The position numbers were made by a program, and so were the translations under genes. Below are positions 47,001 to 60,899 of a DNA stretch of 64,000 nt, piece after piece. Below the pieces are notes generated by a model that searched no databases, was not told the DNA's origin, and worked only from the letters and a program-made list of their open reading frames with translations. This DNA comes from Perna viridis (lineage: Eukaryota). Each line of letters starts with the position of its first letter. The first letter of the stretch is position 1. The stretch spans positions 53,078,862 through 53,142,861 of the forward strand of contig CM074511.1 of the NCBI GenBank assembly GCA_037379345.1, given 5' to 3'.

Positions 47001-50000
47001 TACGGAAGATGGGTCAACTTCTCTGGTGTTATAGGTTCGTTGTTTGGCAAGACTTTATTAATTTCGCTGTATAGTTTTTCTTGGACGTCCTGGTTCTTTG
47101 CTAAGCAGTACAGGACCCACAATGAACCGGTCGTTGTCTATCAAAATTTCAAAAAAAGAGACCATTGTAAAATTATCATATTATGTCAATCCTAACGACA
47201 TGAAAGTTTGATTGGGATTAAATTTTAATGACACCTTTAAGACATCGGAAAATGTCTACGCTTTCAATGTGATTCAAAATCCCTACTTTCATTGGTTATT
47301 GGTCATGTGTAGTACGGGAGGCCATGTCGACAAACTTTTACAATCAAAGTATTTTTCTTGCTCCTTTTTTTCAAAATGAACCTCTAAGCACGCAAATGGA
47401 ACAAACCGAGATTTCAGCGTAAAATACATTGCATATGCTACACAATATAGTACGTGCTACACTTTTTGTAGCTTATGCTAATTTTTTTACAGCATATGCA
47501 ATTAAATATAATTTTGAACATCTTGGTACATAGTAACATAAATTGTGTTGATATTAAGAACATGCGTTGATAATTACACATCACGTAAATAAAGGTTAAA
47601 AGGTTTTCATAGGTAATATTTTGCTTCTTTCTCATAATACGCCAGTTTATACAATCTTTCATTTATAACCGACCTTTGATACATATTAATAATATATAAA
47701 ACCGTAAATACGGCACAATTTGAAATAAGTTTTTTTTATGCAATAATAAACCCGTAATTAAAAGTTCCAATTCTTCAATGTAGTTCAAAAAGTAGGAAAT
47801 GTATATGTACATTAATAAGTTATGGTAAATACGTAGTTATAATTGAAAGGACTCGGACGTCTGTCCAATTGTGCGACTATACAAAAATACAATACATATT
47901 AATATTGCAAACTGATGTATGCTATACATGTGTTTCAAGGAGTAACCCATCATCATCAGCATTAAAACCAAATACACGGAAGATCTTTATCCAAAAATAA
48001 ATTGTATAGAACAAGTACTCAAAGCGAAGAATATCGAAAGGGGAAGCCAACTACAGCACCGAGAAGTTCTACACAGTGTAATACGACACCGAGTAGTTCT
48101 ACAAAGTGCATATACAGCACCGAGAATTTCTACTAAGTGCAATATAAACAGCACCCAGAATTTCTGCTAAGTGCAATACAACACCGAGAAGTTCTACTAA
48201 GTCCAATATATACAGCACCGAGAAGTTCAACAAAGTGCACTGATTACAGCACCAAGAAGTTCTATAAAGTAGAGTACAGCACTATATATAAGTTCTACAA
48301 AGTACAATATATGCAGCAACGAGAAGTTCTACAAAGTGCAATACAGCACCAAGATGTTCTGCAAAGTGCAATACGAGGAATGAGGAATAACTTTTGTCTG
48401 GAATTTTCAAGAAATTTAATTTGGTTAAGAGAAAAAAATCAAAGCTAAGTCGCTAATCGTCAAATATTCTATACCACTGATTTTGGTTTACTTTCAACAT
48501 CCGAAAAGGCACAAATGCGATATGCTCTAAAATCGGGTGACTTCCGCTAGAATCTTGGTTCTCTTGATATGATTACTCTTTCGTAACCGTGATGACCCGA
48601 ATGTTTTTTTTTCAATCAAAACAACTGGTTACCTAATAATGTGTATGACCTATATAGTCAATTGTAATGAGTCCGTGCGCCTGAATCAGAAACTGGTAAT
48701 GTTCAATGCTAACCGATCATTTCATCTTTTAACGTAAACTTCCCGTTCTCATACAAGCAAAAATCACACGTAGAACACATTTGCATGATATTTAAAAGGC
48801 ACATTTTGATCTCGTATGAAGCCAGAACGATGAAGCTATGACGGTAAACACGACACGGATCTGCAACTTAATGTGGAGTAATAATAAATAATTATGCAAA
48901 TCATATGCGACTGTAAAGTACTGAAATTAAAAGAGCGGAAGTATTTTCTTAACGCTTTAAAAATATTCTTGCAGAGCACCAAGACGATTATGTTTACTCA
49001 TCTTAACTAACAAACCATTTTTTTAACCTGTCTAATTCTTATTAGTCTGTATAAAACACCCCGCATAGTAACCTATATTACCATTGTGTTCTGGCTTACC
49101 GTTTCTGTAGCGCCGACAAGTAAATCTACAGCAGTTGATAAAGCTTCATTAGGAGTCAAAGATTGTTGTGACAACAGGTAAATAAGAAGTGGTACATGTT
49201 CGCCCTTTTTTATTTCAGAAGATTCAAGCTGAGCTTTTTGCTAAATTGACAAAAACAATCGGGTATTTAGTGGTATAATGTGTAGTACTTAATTTTAAAT
49301 GTTACATTATCTATTTATGAAGAAAATCATGGCATGTAAACTATGAGCTGCTACTTTGAATAAATTGTTCATGCATGCATCTGAATCAATTTTTTAGAAT
49401 TTCTATTTGTTTATTTTTATTGGGTACTTTACACGACTCAACACGACTACGAATAATTAAACATTATAGTAATTCACTGACGAATCGATCAATAGCTTGA
49501 ACATGTACTGTGAATCCTTATTATACTGAACGTTCATCGGTATGTTATATATTTATTTTTACAAATGCACGTTTTAGCAGAAAAAAATGATGCCTTGGAC
49601 TATTTATTACCTTGTCCACGAATGACCTTCCAATTTTCAGTATGTTGTCCGCATATTGTTCATATTGTCGCCATTCCTTGGTCGGATATATTTTATATAA
49701 TGGAAGATTATACATCAATGGCTGCATGAGTTTGAAGAAGCCCTGGAGATTAGCTATGAAGTCTTGAGCAAGCTGAGGTGTCTTTTCCCCTAAGCAACCG
49801 ATTCTCTCTTCAAAAAGAAAGGTTCCTATGGCTGAAATTTAAAACATTAAATAATAACATTCCCTACCAATAAATCTGGTTTTATTTAGTCCTAGATATT
49901 GTTGCATCACAATGGTTTCGCATAGCAGTTGTGGAAATAAATTCTTGGCAAAGTATAAATATATATAAGGTGTGTTTTGTTTATAAACATGAAATTAACA

Positions 50001-52121
50001 AATTGAAATCCGACAACACGAGTCTAATTATTCAAAGGGTTTTTTTTTAATTTAATTACATGTGTCTTAAGTCAATTATTTGTACTGAAAAAAGACAGAA
50101 AACCACAGTAATGAAAAAATACTGAAATTTTCAGTACTAAAAAATGACTGAAATTTTCAATACTAAAATGTTTTGGGAAAGGAAAGTACTGATTTTATAT
50201 CGGCATTAAAAGTAAAAAAATCTGTAGTTAAATTCCTGGTAGTGTATTATATATATTTTTGCGTTTAAAAGCATGTCGCGTAATTGACATTAAACTCTGA
50301 ACATTTCTTTTATTTGTTCCGAAATAAGCATGCCTTGGTATGATAGCTTATGATGAATTTCTGTACAAAACAACAGACATGCTTTAACCCTAAAATATAC
50401 ATACATTCCATGGCCCATTTGAACAGCTCATTCTCGATGCCATTTATTTCGTGGTTATTATCACGTTTTCTCTGTAGGTGTCGTACGAAGTCATCTGCTA
50501 CGATGTCCATTTCTTCACAATAACTAAGCACTTCCTTAATCTTTAACATTTTCTTACTCACTACTGTTCTAAACTTGTACCATTCTTCGCCTTGTCTGTA
50601 CAGAAAACACGTCAAACGTTATAATAATGATCTAAATGTATTATGAACTAAATAAACTGTAGTAAAATCGACACGGCAAGTTGCAAATGCAAACAACAAA
50701 TACGTTTACACTATTTGCATCAACATTCTCAATTGCACACGATTTCACCGAAAAGTATAAAGTGAGACTTCAACACTGAAGTGCAGTTTGGATGAAAATT
50801 AAATATACTATCTGGATGTTTAAAACTGGAAGACAGATATTAGTACACCAGAGTACACTTCAAAAGAGACAGGAACATGAATATTACGCGTAGCAGACTA
50901 GCAAACTTATCTTCTGTACCATGCAAAAAGGGTAAAAGCATTTTTTTTCTAGCTTGGATTATACTTGTTATGGAACAGAAGTTCCTCTATAATAAAAGTT
51001 CCGGAAGAAATATTACAGAATATTTGTTACTGTGGAATTTTTATTGTAACATTTGTTCCTAACAAAATAAACCTAATATAACAAATGTTCCTACAGAAAT
51101 GTTCCATTAGAACTTCTGTTATTAGAAAGAAATGTACGTAGACATACTTACGCATATTAGAAAGAAATATACGTAGACATACTTACGCATTAACTAGTCC
51201 TAGACCAATGTTCTTTTTTCTTCTATAGTGAGCCATTGGTTCCATTTCTCTTCTGTTTGGGTACTTCCGCTCCGCTTGAATAACTTTGTTGTATTCAAGA
51301 GGGTCACTTATTACTACCGTCGATATTGTGGCAATATTTTCCTGGTATATCGGACCGTACTCTATTGCCCGTTTTTGATAAGCCTAAAATTTAAATGAAA
51401 ATAGTTGTGGAACCAACCACTTGCTTTTGTTTGGTATTATCAAGTTCATTAACTTATTCTGAACCAGTATATTCAAGGAGGTGCCAAATATTTCAATAAC
51501 TACTTTTCATCAAATAATTTTTGTATCACTGTTCGACGATCGCATTAATTCTGATTGTACAGATTTTTGTCATAGTTTATCTATAATTACATGTAGCTCT
51601 TTTCTTACACTCTACAGATCATTTGCAACTAGAATTTAAATCTTCCTTTGTGTAATGTTCTAGCATACCTCAAACATCTTATTAAACCGTAGTCCATCTT
51701 TTTTAAAGTAATCAAACAGAGTTCCTACGACTGGGTATCCTTTTGGTCCTGGTACTTCTTTAAATGGTTTTATTGTGCATTCTGTAATATTCTGTTCCTT
51801 TTGTCTATGTTGGTTCCCATTGAGTAAACTGTTTATTTTATCCACAGATTTCTTGAAAGGACACTATAGAATGAAAATACGCGAGTTAAATTCAGTTAAG
51901 GGACTTTCTAAACTTTGTCAGATTGCTGGATATATTAGGAAACTCTTATGGCATATTCATGAAAGCTGGACAAAAATATTATTATGACAGGGGGGGGAGG
52001 ATAATTAAACTGAAAACTTAAGGATACCCTTTAACAAAGGGTTTATACTTTGTATAAAGACTTATTGCTTGCAGATAGACATTTTTGGTAAGCCCTACTG
52101 AGTCAGAAAAAGAAGCATTAA

Positions 52122-52156
<35 letters not shown>

Positions 52157-53611
52157 GACAAAAAAAAATAAAGTTTATTATATTCTTGTTATCGGTCAGT
52201 TTTGGCAGTTCCTAAATTACCAATTTATAATAGTAAAGTAATACTTTAAACTGTTAGCGACAGGAACATATCTTAATCTGAACAAAGGAAACATTGCCTT
52301 TTTAAATGAAATGACTACTAATATTGTGTAGATTGGGGGCAATACAAAAGATAAAGGAGAAGGGGCGGTAAAGGGTCTTTTTGACCTAAATTCAACTAAA
52401 ATTAACCATAAAGTGTTGAATAATTCAGTTGTGAATTTGGAGACTTGACCCCATCACAAATAAGAAAACATGAAGATTTCTGCTGATTCTTGCATTGAAA
52501 GGACAGAAAATTTGCTTACAATGTACCAATATTCAGATATACTGTCAAATTTTGTACTTTTTGGTTACTTGCTGGTCATATTTTATGGCAAGGAAATGTT
52601 GCCCACATCCATTCAACAACTTCATAGTTGGTGAATACATTCATTATTACAAAGTTTATCATAATTGAAAATATAACTTTGTTTCTTGGGTGTGGACATA
52701 GTTTTCTTGATGTAAATACGTATGAAAAAAACAACAAAATTTACAATTCTCAGCATGTTTTGTTAAATGACATAAAATCATGGCACCATCATGCTGTCAT
52801 TACAATAAACTAATGCCATAATTTATCATTTTTCCTTATATTTATATATTTTACTATGTTATGAACAATTTTTATGTTATTACAACAAAGTTGATAATTT
52901 AGGCAAAATTCATATCTTTAATTGTCGATAGTACCGCATACAAGTTTGACGTCAACCGTCAATATATTTGTCAGCGCATGAGTATCGTTTATTCTGTATT
53001 TTTAAAACAATAAGCAAGTTGGGGAAAAACTATGATGTAGGTTAATGTTCTGAAGTAATACTGCTTAAAATGGCATATTCAATGTACTAAAAATGAGGGA
53101 AAGTTCAGTCGAAGTCCATGATCAGAGGTGACCATCTTCAACGTGTACATAAATACTGTGCAAAGTTCAAATAAATTTGGTTTAAAAACTTTTGAGAAAA
53201 TGGCTAAGTTCAACATGCTGAAAATACAGGAAAACAATAATCACATTTCTCCATAATAGGGGGTGCACATCTTAAAGATGTAAATTAAGATTGTGCAAAG
53301 TTTGAATAATATTCGTTCAATACTTTTTTGGAGTTACAGATTGCACAAAGTAGGTACCCCTAAGCGTGACGGACGAAGAGACATGGTATACGGAGTCGGG
53401 CGGCTACTAGACCTGCTTTCACCGTTGGTGACGCAGGTAAAAAGGGACATGATGACAAATCTTAATATAACACATGACCTACCGATGTTTCTGTTACTTC
53501 ATCTATTGCTATGACTTTTGCACTGGGTGGACTGGTGACTGTTGTTGATACTACCCGCTGTGAGCTTTTCGTTATTGCTTGAATCAGTTTGCTTCCGTTT
53601 CGAGTTGCCAT
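44027..53611 (-). CDS. CYP10: Mitochondrial-clan cytochrome P450, CYP10-like, ~551 aa, 11 exons: 53611-53483, 51863-51669, 51383-51187, 50595-50405, 49831-49611, 49240-49100, 47137-46971, 45965-45887, 45529-45370, 44856-44813, 44158-44027
   Basis: Basic/Ser-Thr presequence MATRNGSKLIQAITKSSQRVVST, CPFKKSVD, PGPKGYPVVGTLFDYFKKDG, QGEEWYKFR, I-helix LLVGATETT, K-helix KETFR, PERW, heme motif WGHGARMCIGRR; consistent phases (1656 nt). Closely recalls Lymnaea CYP10. Confidence 0.88.
48050..48375. repeat. ~30-32-bp minisatellite in CYP intron
   Basis: About 10 units of ACAGCACCGAGAAGTTCTACAAAGTGCAAT. Confidence 0.9.
52122..52150. repeat. (TG)n microsatellite
   Basis: About 14 TG units. Confidence 0.95.
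53030..53443 (+). mobile_element. HINE-like element fragment in CYP intron 1
   Basis: Two GGTG..CATCTT...TGTGCAAAGTT cores, GACGGACG microsatellite, terminal ACCTGC..TCACC.TTGGTGA.GCAGGT hairpin and A-run. Confidence 0.6.
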
Positions 53612-55659
53612 TCTTAAAAATTCATTATTTTCATTCTAAAAGTTCTCAATGCTTTATTTTGAAACTTTTGATAGTAAATAATTTTGATTCCCGTTGAAAT
53701 AATTCATAGAAATTCGTTTTATTCTAAGATATCAAAAAAGGAAAAAGATCTGGAGGCGCAAGCGTAAAAAAAATTTTCATCATTCTGATAAACATGTGCA
53801 TATCGAAATGTGAAGTAGAATATATGCACCACTTAGTTCCAGGTATCTTTCATGTACTAAACTTGATAATGGTAAAAAGGAAAAAACAATAGATAACGTA
53901 CTTTTGAAGTCTAATTCGGGAGTAACAAAGAATGTGCTTTGCTTTAAAAATTTTAAAACTTACGTTTTCAGTGAAATCTGTGTGTTAGCTCCTTAAGGTT
54001 GTTGATGAAGCGGGTTTCCAGCCTTATTCTCAGAAATGTTATTGTACCCACTCGTTTTATATCAAGTTCTATCACATTAATTATTGACTTGTTGAATCAT
54101 GCTGGTGTTGTCTGAATGGAAACACCTGATCTCTTGTAACACCACATATTGTGAGCATATCATAAGAAGATCATCCTTATTTTTTACATCTTTAAATGCC
54201 ATATACGGTAAAGACACGGCGTGATTTTAGACCAAAAGTTAAATCTTTCTGTTTTGTCTTTGACGTTAACAACTTATCCTCAAAAAGATGTTTTCCCCAA
54301 AAGCTTAAGTTGAGAAACATGAATCAGTATCATGGTAAAAGGTTTACTTTCTTTCTGTATCACTAATACTGAACGTGGCCAGTATCAAATATTTTAATTG
54401 AGTTCTTACCAAACCGTCGCGTTTTAGATTTCTTTAAATTAGATATACATGTACATAGCCCATGTCTTTAATGTTGTACGCATTCTTGTTTATAATTATT
54501 GATATAAAAACGAGTTATTGTTATTAAAAGAATCCAATTTCTGACATCAGAAAATAAAGTTTTTTTGGGAATAAAAAATATGAAAAAAACTGTTTTTCTA
54601 TATACATGTATAAAAACCATTATAGATAAAAGCATTTTCCGATATTAAAAAAAAACAAAAATAAACTTTCAAAACATTCAGAGGGTTTTTTGTATCAAAA
54701 TTTATTTTGTGATATAAAATACATTTTCAGATATAAAATCAAAGTACTCATGTACTGAATCAATTATATCGATCGTTTGAAATTTTACGCCTCAAATAAC
54801 GACAAATTGCAAAATTTGGAATAAAAGGAAAGTACGAGCACTGAATTCAAACGTATCTAAACTTAACCATATTGTTGTAAATAGTTAATGTTGAATTATT
54901 TGGTTTATTTTTAAATTCACCATTCTGTTAACGAAGGACAAAACAAAAGACACACACACACACCAATTTCATAATTTCATAATCGTAGCAGTGCGCCAGT
55001 TTGCGTAATGTCCGGGTTCGATGGTGGTTTACATGGAACACATAGATGAATGAACACAAAACTCTCCGAGATACTGTATGATTGAGCTGAAAACTACTAT
55101 AGTTGGCCTTTCCCAGTTTCTAAATATTTTCAAGTCGGAATTTAATTAAGGACCTCCAGGTTGAAACTGTCTGTCAAATCATTCAATTTTAAGCCGCCAC
55201 AATCACTGAAATAAATCCTTAGATACACACCCCTTTTAACCACCTACATTCCTCAGTTGATAAAAGCTTTATAGCTCAATTATCGCATTGACACCTATGT
55301 TTTAATTAAAGTGCTTAGTTTCTTAGGAATCTAGTTCCAGACACACGTACATTAATACAAACGCCAAAGTCTTAGAATACAATTTCAACAATTATGTTTA
55401 GTGCAGACAACACTAGCTATGCACTTTTAAGGCCCTTGAGTACCTGCAGCACCTGCAGCTCTATTATCTTTACACATGACCAAAATAACCCAATAGAACG
55501 ATTATTGCAAAAAGCAATATCATGACCACAGACTGACCGAATTCCCGAGAAATGCATTATCGAAATTCCTATGCCATCCTTTAAGCAACATTTCATTTTC
55601 AATTGTCATCTCCGATGTCATGAGGCGGTAACCGTAATAAATATACACGATACAGTGAG

Positions 55660-55893
55660 TTATACATCGGGGGGGGGGGGGTATGCTACCCTTTTTATAA
55701 AACATTTGTTAAAAAAATGAGTGGCTAATGATAGCATAGAAGTCCTTTCTTTATATAAATTTCTTGATCCGATCCACTGCCCCCTTTTTGTAAATATTTT
55801 GATCCGCCAGGGCCTGCGTGAAATATCAGAAATATCAAATATATCAGCTTTAGCATTCCGACAATTTATAGCCGCGCAGGTTTTCATTTCCAT
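55660..55893 (-). pseudogene. Degenerate THAP-domain-like coding remnant (probably DNA-transposon derived)
   Basis: MKTCAAINCRN...RP..W...THFFNKCF retains the CxxxxC, W and HF..CF positions of THAP; the third Cys is missing. Confidence 0.35.
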
Positions 55894-57610
55894 CTATATT
55901 ATGAGTCTGAAAATAAAAAGACAATTTGAATATATCGACAGTGAACGACTGTAGAAATAAACAGGCACTGAGATTAGAAGTCAACCATTTTAATCGGAAT
56001 GTTGTTACACAATTTACAATCCTAATTAATCTGCATATTAAACTCACAGTAAAACTTGTTTATTGGGTTTGTTTATTGGCGTAAATAACATAGAACAAAA
56101 GTTGACATACTTGAGATACCTAAAAATATATTTAACCGGTACGTCTAAATACCGCTTAGCCCCGGCTAAGTGCACTTAGCCCCAAATATTGATTAATATC
56201 TATATTTTTGAAGGTTGGGATGAAAAGATATGTCAGATATGGTTATATATTTGAACTTTGTTTAGAGATATTGTTATTTTATTTTAGGAAAAAACGGTTT
56301 TTAAAACGGCACGCGCTGTCTGTGTGTCGGCAATTTCGTGTGCTATCATGCGTATACAAATTAACAAGTTAATCAAGCAATATACGGCTTGTCAATTAAT
56401 TTATGATTAATTGTTTGTCTTCAATTTTATGCAATAATGACCTATTCAATAGAATTGGCGAAAAATAAATGTGCACTAGCTCGGACAAATGGTCTTTGAT
56501 GTTCATCTCATAAAAACATTTTAAGTTTAGACAGAGAACGATAAAGAATAAAATATAAAAACAGTCTTTTTTTGTCGCAATATTAAAAAGATTTCTTGTT
56601 TTGGTAAAATTTTGTGAGTAAAATTAAGTATCATTTAAATATGGAACATCGGTATTCTGGACATTCATAGCGAGCGCATTTACAATATACAATATAAATT
56701 TCACAAAATATACGAGATGTGGCGTCCTTGGGGATCACCAACTACGTCCGTTGATTATGACATGGTCTTACATAGATTGCAAGAGGTATATATATATTAA
56801 TTATTATTAATTTAGATGAAAGATTGTTGTTTCTTTTTTAGGTAATGCATTTATCACTTTCCGTATTTACAATATAAATTATAAAATTATAAGATATGGA
56901 ACGAAATAAATATCTGAACAAATTCTGACCGCTGAGTATATATATATATATCGCCCCCAATGTATCGCCCGTCGTCTTGTTGCACATTGGAAATTAACTC
57001 AGTTAGTAAGATTTATTTGATCATTGTTTCTTTTTTGTCCAGAAATATACCCCTTAAAAGAACGCAATGATCTGAATAACTTCTGAAAACTAAGTTTGAT
57101 TTTTGTCCGATGCTTGACCAGTAAGACTTTGTTCTTTTATTCATTTCGTTCCTAAAACACAAACAAAACAGCCATCAAAGTATCCTGGACATTTGATAAA
57201 TAAAACAGATACGGAACGAAATAAATATCTGAACAAAGTCTGACCGCTGAGTATTATTGCCCACATTCTATCTTACCGTCGTTTCCCCTCCGCCAGTAAG
57301 TCCACTTTGTACATTGAAAAAAATATCGTAAAAACTAAAAGGCATTGTTCTGTTCTTTATGTCGTTTTGGAAATACACACACAACAAAATCACCATGTGG
57401 GCCCTCTCAGCAGAAAGTCGGGATCTACCGTATTTGTATCATAGATCTTTTATAAAAGAATATCCAGATCGAACAAGATATATCTGAATCCTTATTCTTG
57501 CAACATCGTTTTCAATCATATAAAATGGCGTCAAGTTACGTGAAATAATAAACCATGCTCTGGTTACTTTTAAATAAATAGAAATATTTATTTTTTGTTA
57601 TTTATTTCAG

Positions 57611-58232
57611 GCCTGCCAGTATGGATTCCTACATTTACATGATGTTGCCATAGCAAAGCGTGACCGCTTACCACCTTTTCAGCTTCCAACTACAGTGACT
57701 GCACCATCACGTATTGACGTCTTATCACAGACCTATCTACAACAGTGTAATATGCAAAATATTGGTGTCCCTTACTATGTTCAAGATAATGGTAGTTGTC
57801 TTTTCAATGCCGTTTCGGTAGATTTATCCGGAACTGAGACATTATCTACAGAACTGCGTGTCCGTACTTGTATAGAAATGGTTACAAAGAAAGACATATA
57901 CATCTATGCCTAATGCAAACAAATTACTATGGGTTTCGCCTAATTACATCACATCTACATTTGATTGTGCACATGCACGTGGTTGGTCGTCCTTATGGAC
58001 ATTTTATGCATTAGCTGAAGTAATAGGTACAACTATCAAATCTGTATACCCTCCTTGAAATGGTGGCCAAGACATATATTACAAAACGCTTAATTTAGAA
58101 GCTACCACAAGAAACAACATGCATCCAAATGATATGGTTACGATTTTATGGACCCGATCAACTAGTCATAAAGGTTCAATGTGGGTTGCAAACCATTTCT
58201 CACCTATTATACTGCACGTAGATACATGGTAA
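57611..58232 (+). pseudogene. Vertnin-like OTU cysteine protease domain (frameshift ~57910, stop ~58056)
   Basis: After acceptor TTATTTCAG: DNGSCLFNAVS..LSGTETLSTELRVRTCIEMV, then in the shifted frame GWSSLWTFYALAEVIGTTIKSVYPP*..TILWT...WVANHFSP (Cys box and His box). Confidence 0.8.
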
Positions 58233-59193
58233 ACAATGACAGCTTTGTTCAAGAAGTGGTATATACACACGGCAACAACAAACCCCCGTCCATTATTTGT
58301 TACACTAAACAGCAACTAGATGATTTGAAACAATTTTTGATGACCAATCAAGATTGCATTCTAGGTATAGATAGAACTTTTAAACTTGGCGCCGTTTATG
58401 TCACAAATCTAGTATACAAAAACAAGAAGGTGGTGTCAAAAGAAACTGGTGATCATCCGATTTTCATAGGCCCTATGTTCTTACACTGGGAAGGTTCGTT
58501 CCTTTCGTACCACACATTTTTATCTCATATGAAAGCACGCATTCAGGAAAGTGTGAAATGCATCGATTTACGAATTGGAAGCAACGATGAGAGTGGTTTG
58601 ACAAAAGCAATTGACAGTGTCTTTCCTAACATAGAACGACTTTTGTGCACTAAACACATGAAAGACAATGTTTCCGATCACCTTAGAAATAAAATTGGAT
58701 GCAACGACCAATTGCGAACAAATATTCTAAATAACCTATTTGGGCCCAACGGACTGACATCGGCGATAGATCCCTCAGATTTTCATATCAAGGCTCGAGA
58801 TATTAGCAGAAACTACCCTGAATTTGATTCGTATTTTCAAACCCGTTTAAAAGACAGACTGTTTCATTATGTTAACATTCCAAACTGGCAACTGGACTAC
58901 AATCGTTTATGGACAAACAACAACTGCGAATCCATAAATCACGTCTTCAAGAAGGCAGTAAACTGGCAACCAAAGTCAATTTCGAATTTGATACAAGACT
59001 TACATGATATTGTTACCGTGCATTTCATAGACTTAAAACGTTCACTTTACGGTAGTGGGAATTATGAATTGTATGGCCGTTACAGAAAACACTTACATAT
59101 AAAAACTTTGAAGTTCCACAACCAAAAAGACTTGCTGCCAAACCATACCAAAGAATAAGACCTAGAAACTGCCGTACAAAGCCAAGATTTTAA
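58181..59193 (+). pseudogene. MULE-family transposase core (internally deleted; second catalytic Asp appears as Asn)
   Basis: LGIDRTF (D1), IGSNDESGL (expected GSD/GTD), LLCTKH (CxxH), WTNNNCESINH (E). Basic C-terminal tail AAKPYQRIRPRNCRT in another frame; AATAAA at ~59264. Confidence 0.85.
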
Positions 59194-60899
59194 CATGACA
59201 ATAGTTCTGCAAATGTCTTTATTTTGTTGATGTTTTACATGTTATTATACAATATAGAGCTACAATAAATCATTCAAAATAATTTACATTTACTTTGTTA
59301 TTTACACCAATTAATAATTAGTAATAAAATGTGTAGGTGTGATAAGCCTTCACGGTCTACTGAACTTGGAAATACAGGCACGTGTCATTATGATATCTTA
59401 AAACACGTTTAAATCAATAATTGCTGCAGCGATACTTACAAAAATCGAAATACAACATCTTCATAATTCAAATTTTGTCTATTGATACTAATATGCACAC
59501 ATAAGTGTTTCCATCCCGGGCTAAGAGCACTGTTAGGGGCTAAGTGCACTTAGCCCGGGCTAAGCGGTGTTTAGACAGACCCGTTAAATATGCATTTGAA
59601 CCTAATGGGGTTGCCAATGGGTCCTAGTCTACCATTCAAATGTATGGAGATTCGTCATTAACATAGCATTGTGTTCAATATTAAAAGCGAAGTATCATTT
59701 TTGGGTAAAAATACTGATTAAAAATGACAATTATCAAGCTCTAAGAGATAAAAATGTTTAGAATAGCATAAAATAGAAGATTTTGCATTGTGAAGCAGGT
59801 TTGAATTTCCGATCTAAATTGATAAAAATCTGATATCAGGCACGAAACCACAATTAATTTTCCCACTGTCTTCTTTATAGCCTTTCTGTAATTTAAAAAA
59901 ATTCCACCGGCGCAATTCAATTCAGATTTTCAGGGATGTTAATTTGAACCTTCCAACAACTTATATAAAAAATATAAAAAAAATTACCATTATTTTTTCA
60001 AATTTTATGCATAAACACAGAGATACCCTAAAAAATGACCCAAAATGGCTTCTGGATGTCACAAACTTGACCTTTTTTGACCTCACCAAATCACAACCTA
60101 AATGTCAAATTTCTCATTTCAACACATCTACTAAAATAATTTCATTATTCCTCTTCAATTTGAGCACAAAAAGTATGAGAAATTCTGAAAGGAAGTGTTT
60201 CTAACAAAATTTTGAAAAATCCCCTATTATTATATGAACTATATACAACGAAAAGCTAAGGGCAGATAATTGTGGTCTCGTACCATCAGAAACGTAAGAC
60301 AAAAACAGCATGAATAGTTATTATCAATGCGAAACAAGATTTTCTGATATCAAGAAATTATTACATGATTTATGTGTACATGTATTTCCGCTTCCGACAA
60401 ACTACAGGATTAAAACGTATAGACCCCAAAAATGTTAATTATTTTTTTTAAAATGTTTCACAACAAAGACATGGTGCATTTTCTTGCAAGATTCAGTCTT
60501 TAAGAAATTCTGACATTGTAAATTTCATCATGTGGACGTTGAACAATTGAATTTTGGAACAAAGAAGGCGAGCCTGAGATTCTCGTGAGAAAGCCAGTAT
60601 AAAAAAACCAACATGCCTAAAATTCTCTGTATCGGTAAGTTTAAAGTAACATTTTATTTTCTTTTTTTTTTGTGCGTAAAAAAAATTCAAAAATCAAAAT
60701 GTTGACCTTGAAAAAGGGTACTTTCAAATGACCTTTGTCTATTAACACCACTGTGACTTTTAAACGATTTTTCGGGCATACCTGGTTTTAAACTCACAAA
60801 TGTTTACATCATATATTTAGCTTTAAATATACCCTTTTATATCACATGTTTAGATAAAAATATACATTTTTGTATATGCATTATAAGTTTTTGTTAAAA

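Larger units (their letters stand above)
56136..59583 (+). mobile_element. Mutator-like (MULE) DNA transposon with ~48-bp TIRs, carrying a vertnin-like OTU domain and a MULE DDE transposase; decayed
   Basis: Left CCGGTACGTCTAAATACCGCTTAGCCCCGGCTAAGTGCACTTAGCCCC vs right (reverse complement) CGGGTCTGTCTAAACACCGCTTAGCCCGGGCTAAGTGCACTTAGCCCC; TTAA on both flanks; coding remnants inside. Confidence 0.88.

Noticed and set aside
54000-54330. Possible coding remnant upstream of the CYP gene
   Set aside because: Frames tried gave no recognisable motif and frequent stops.
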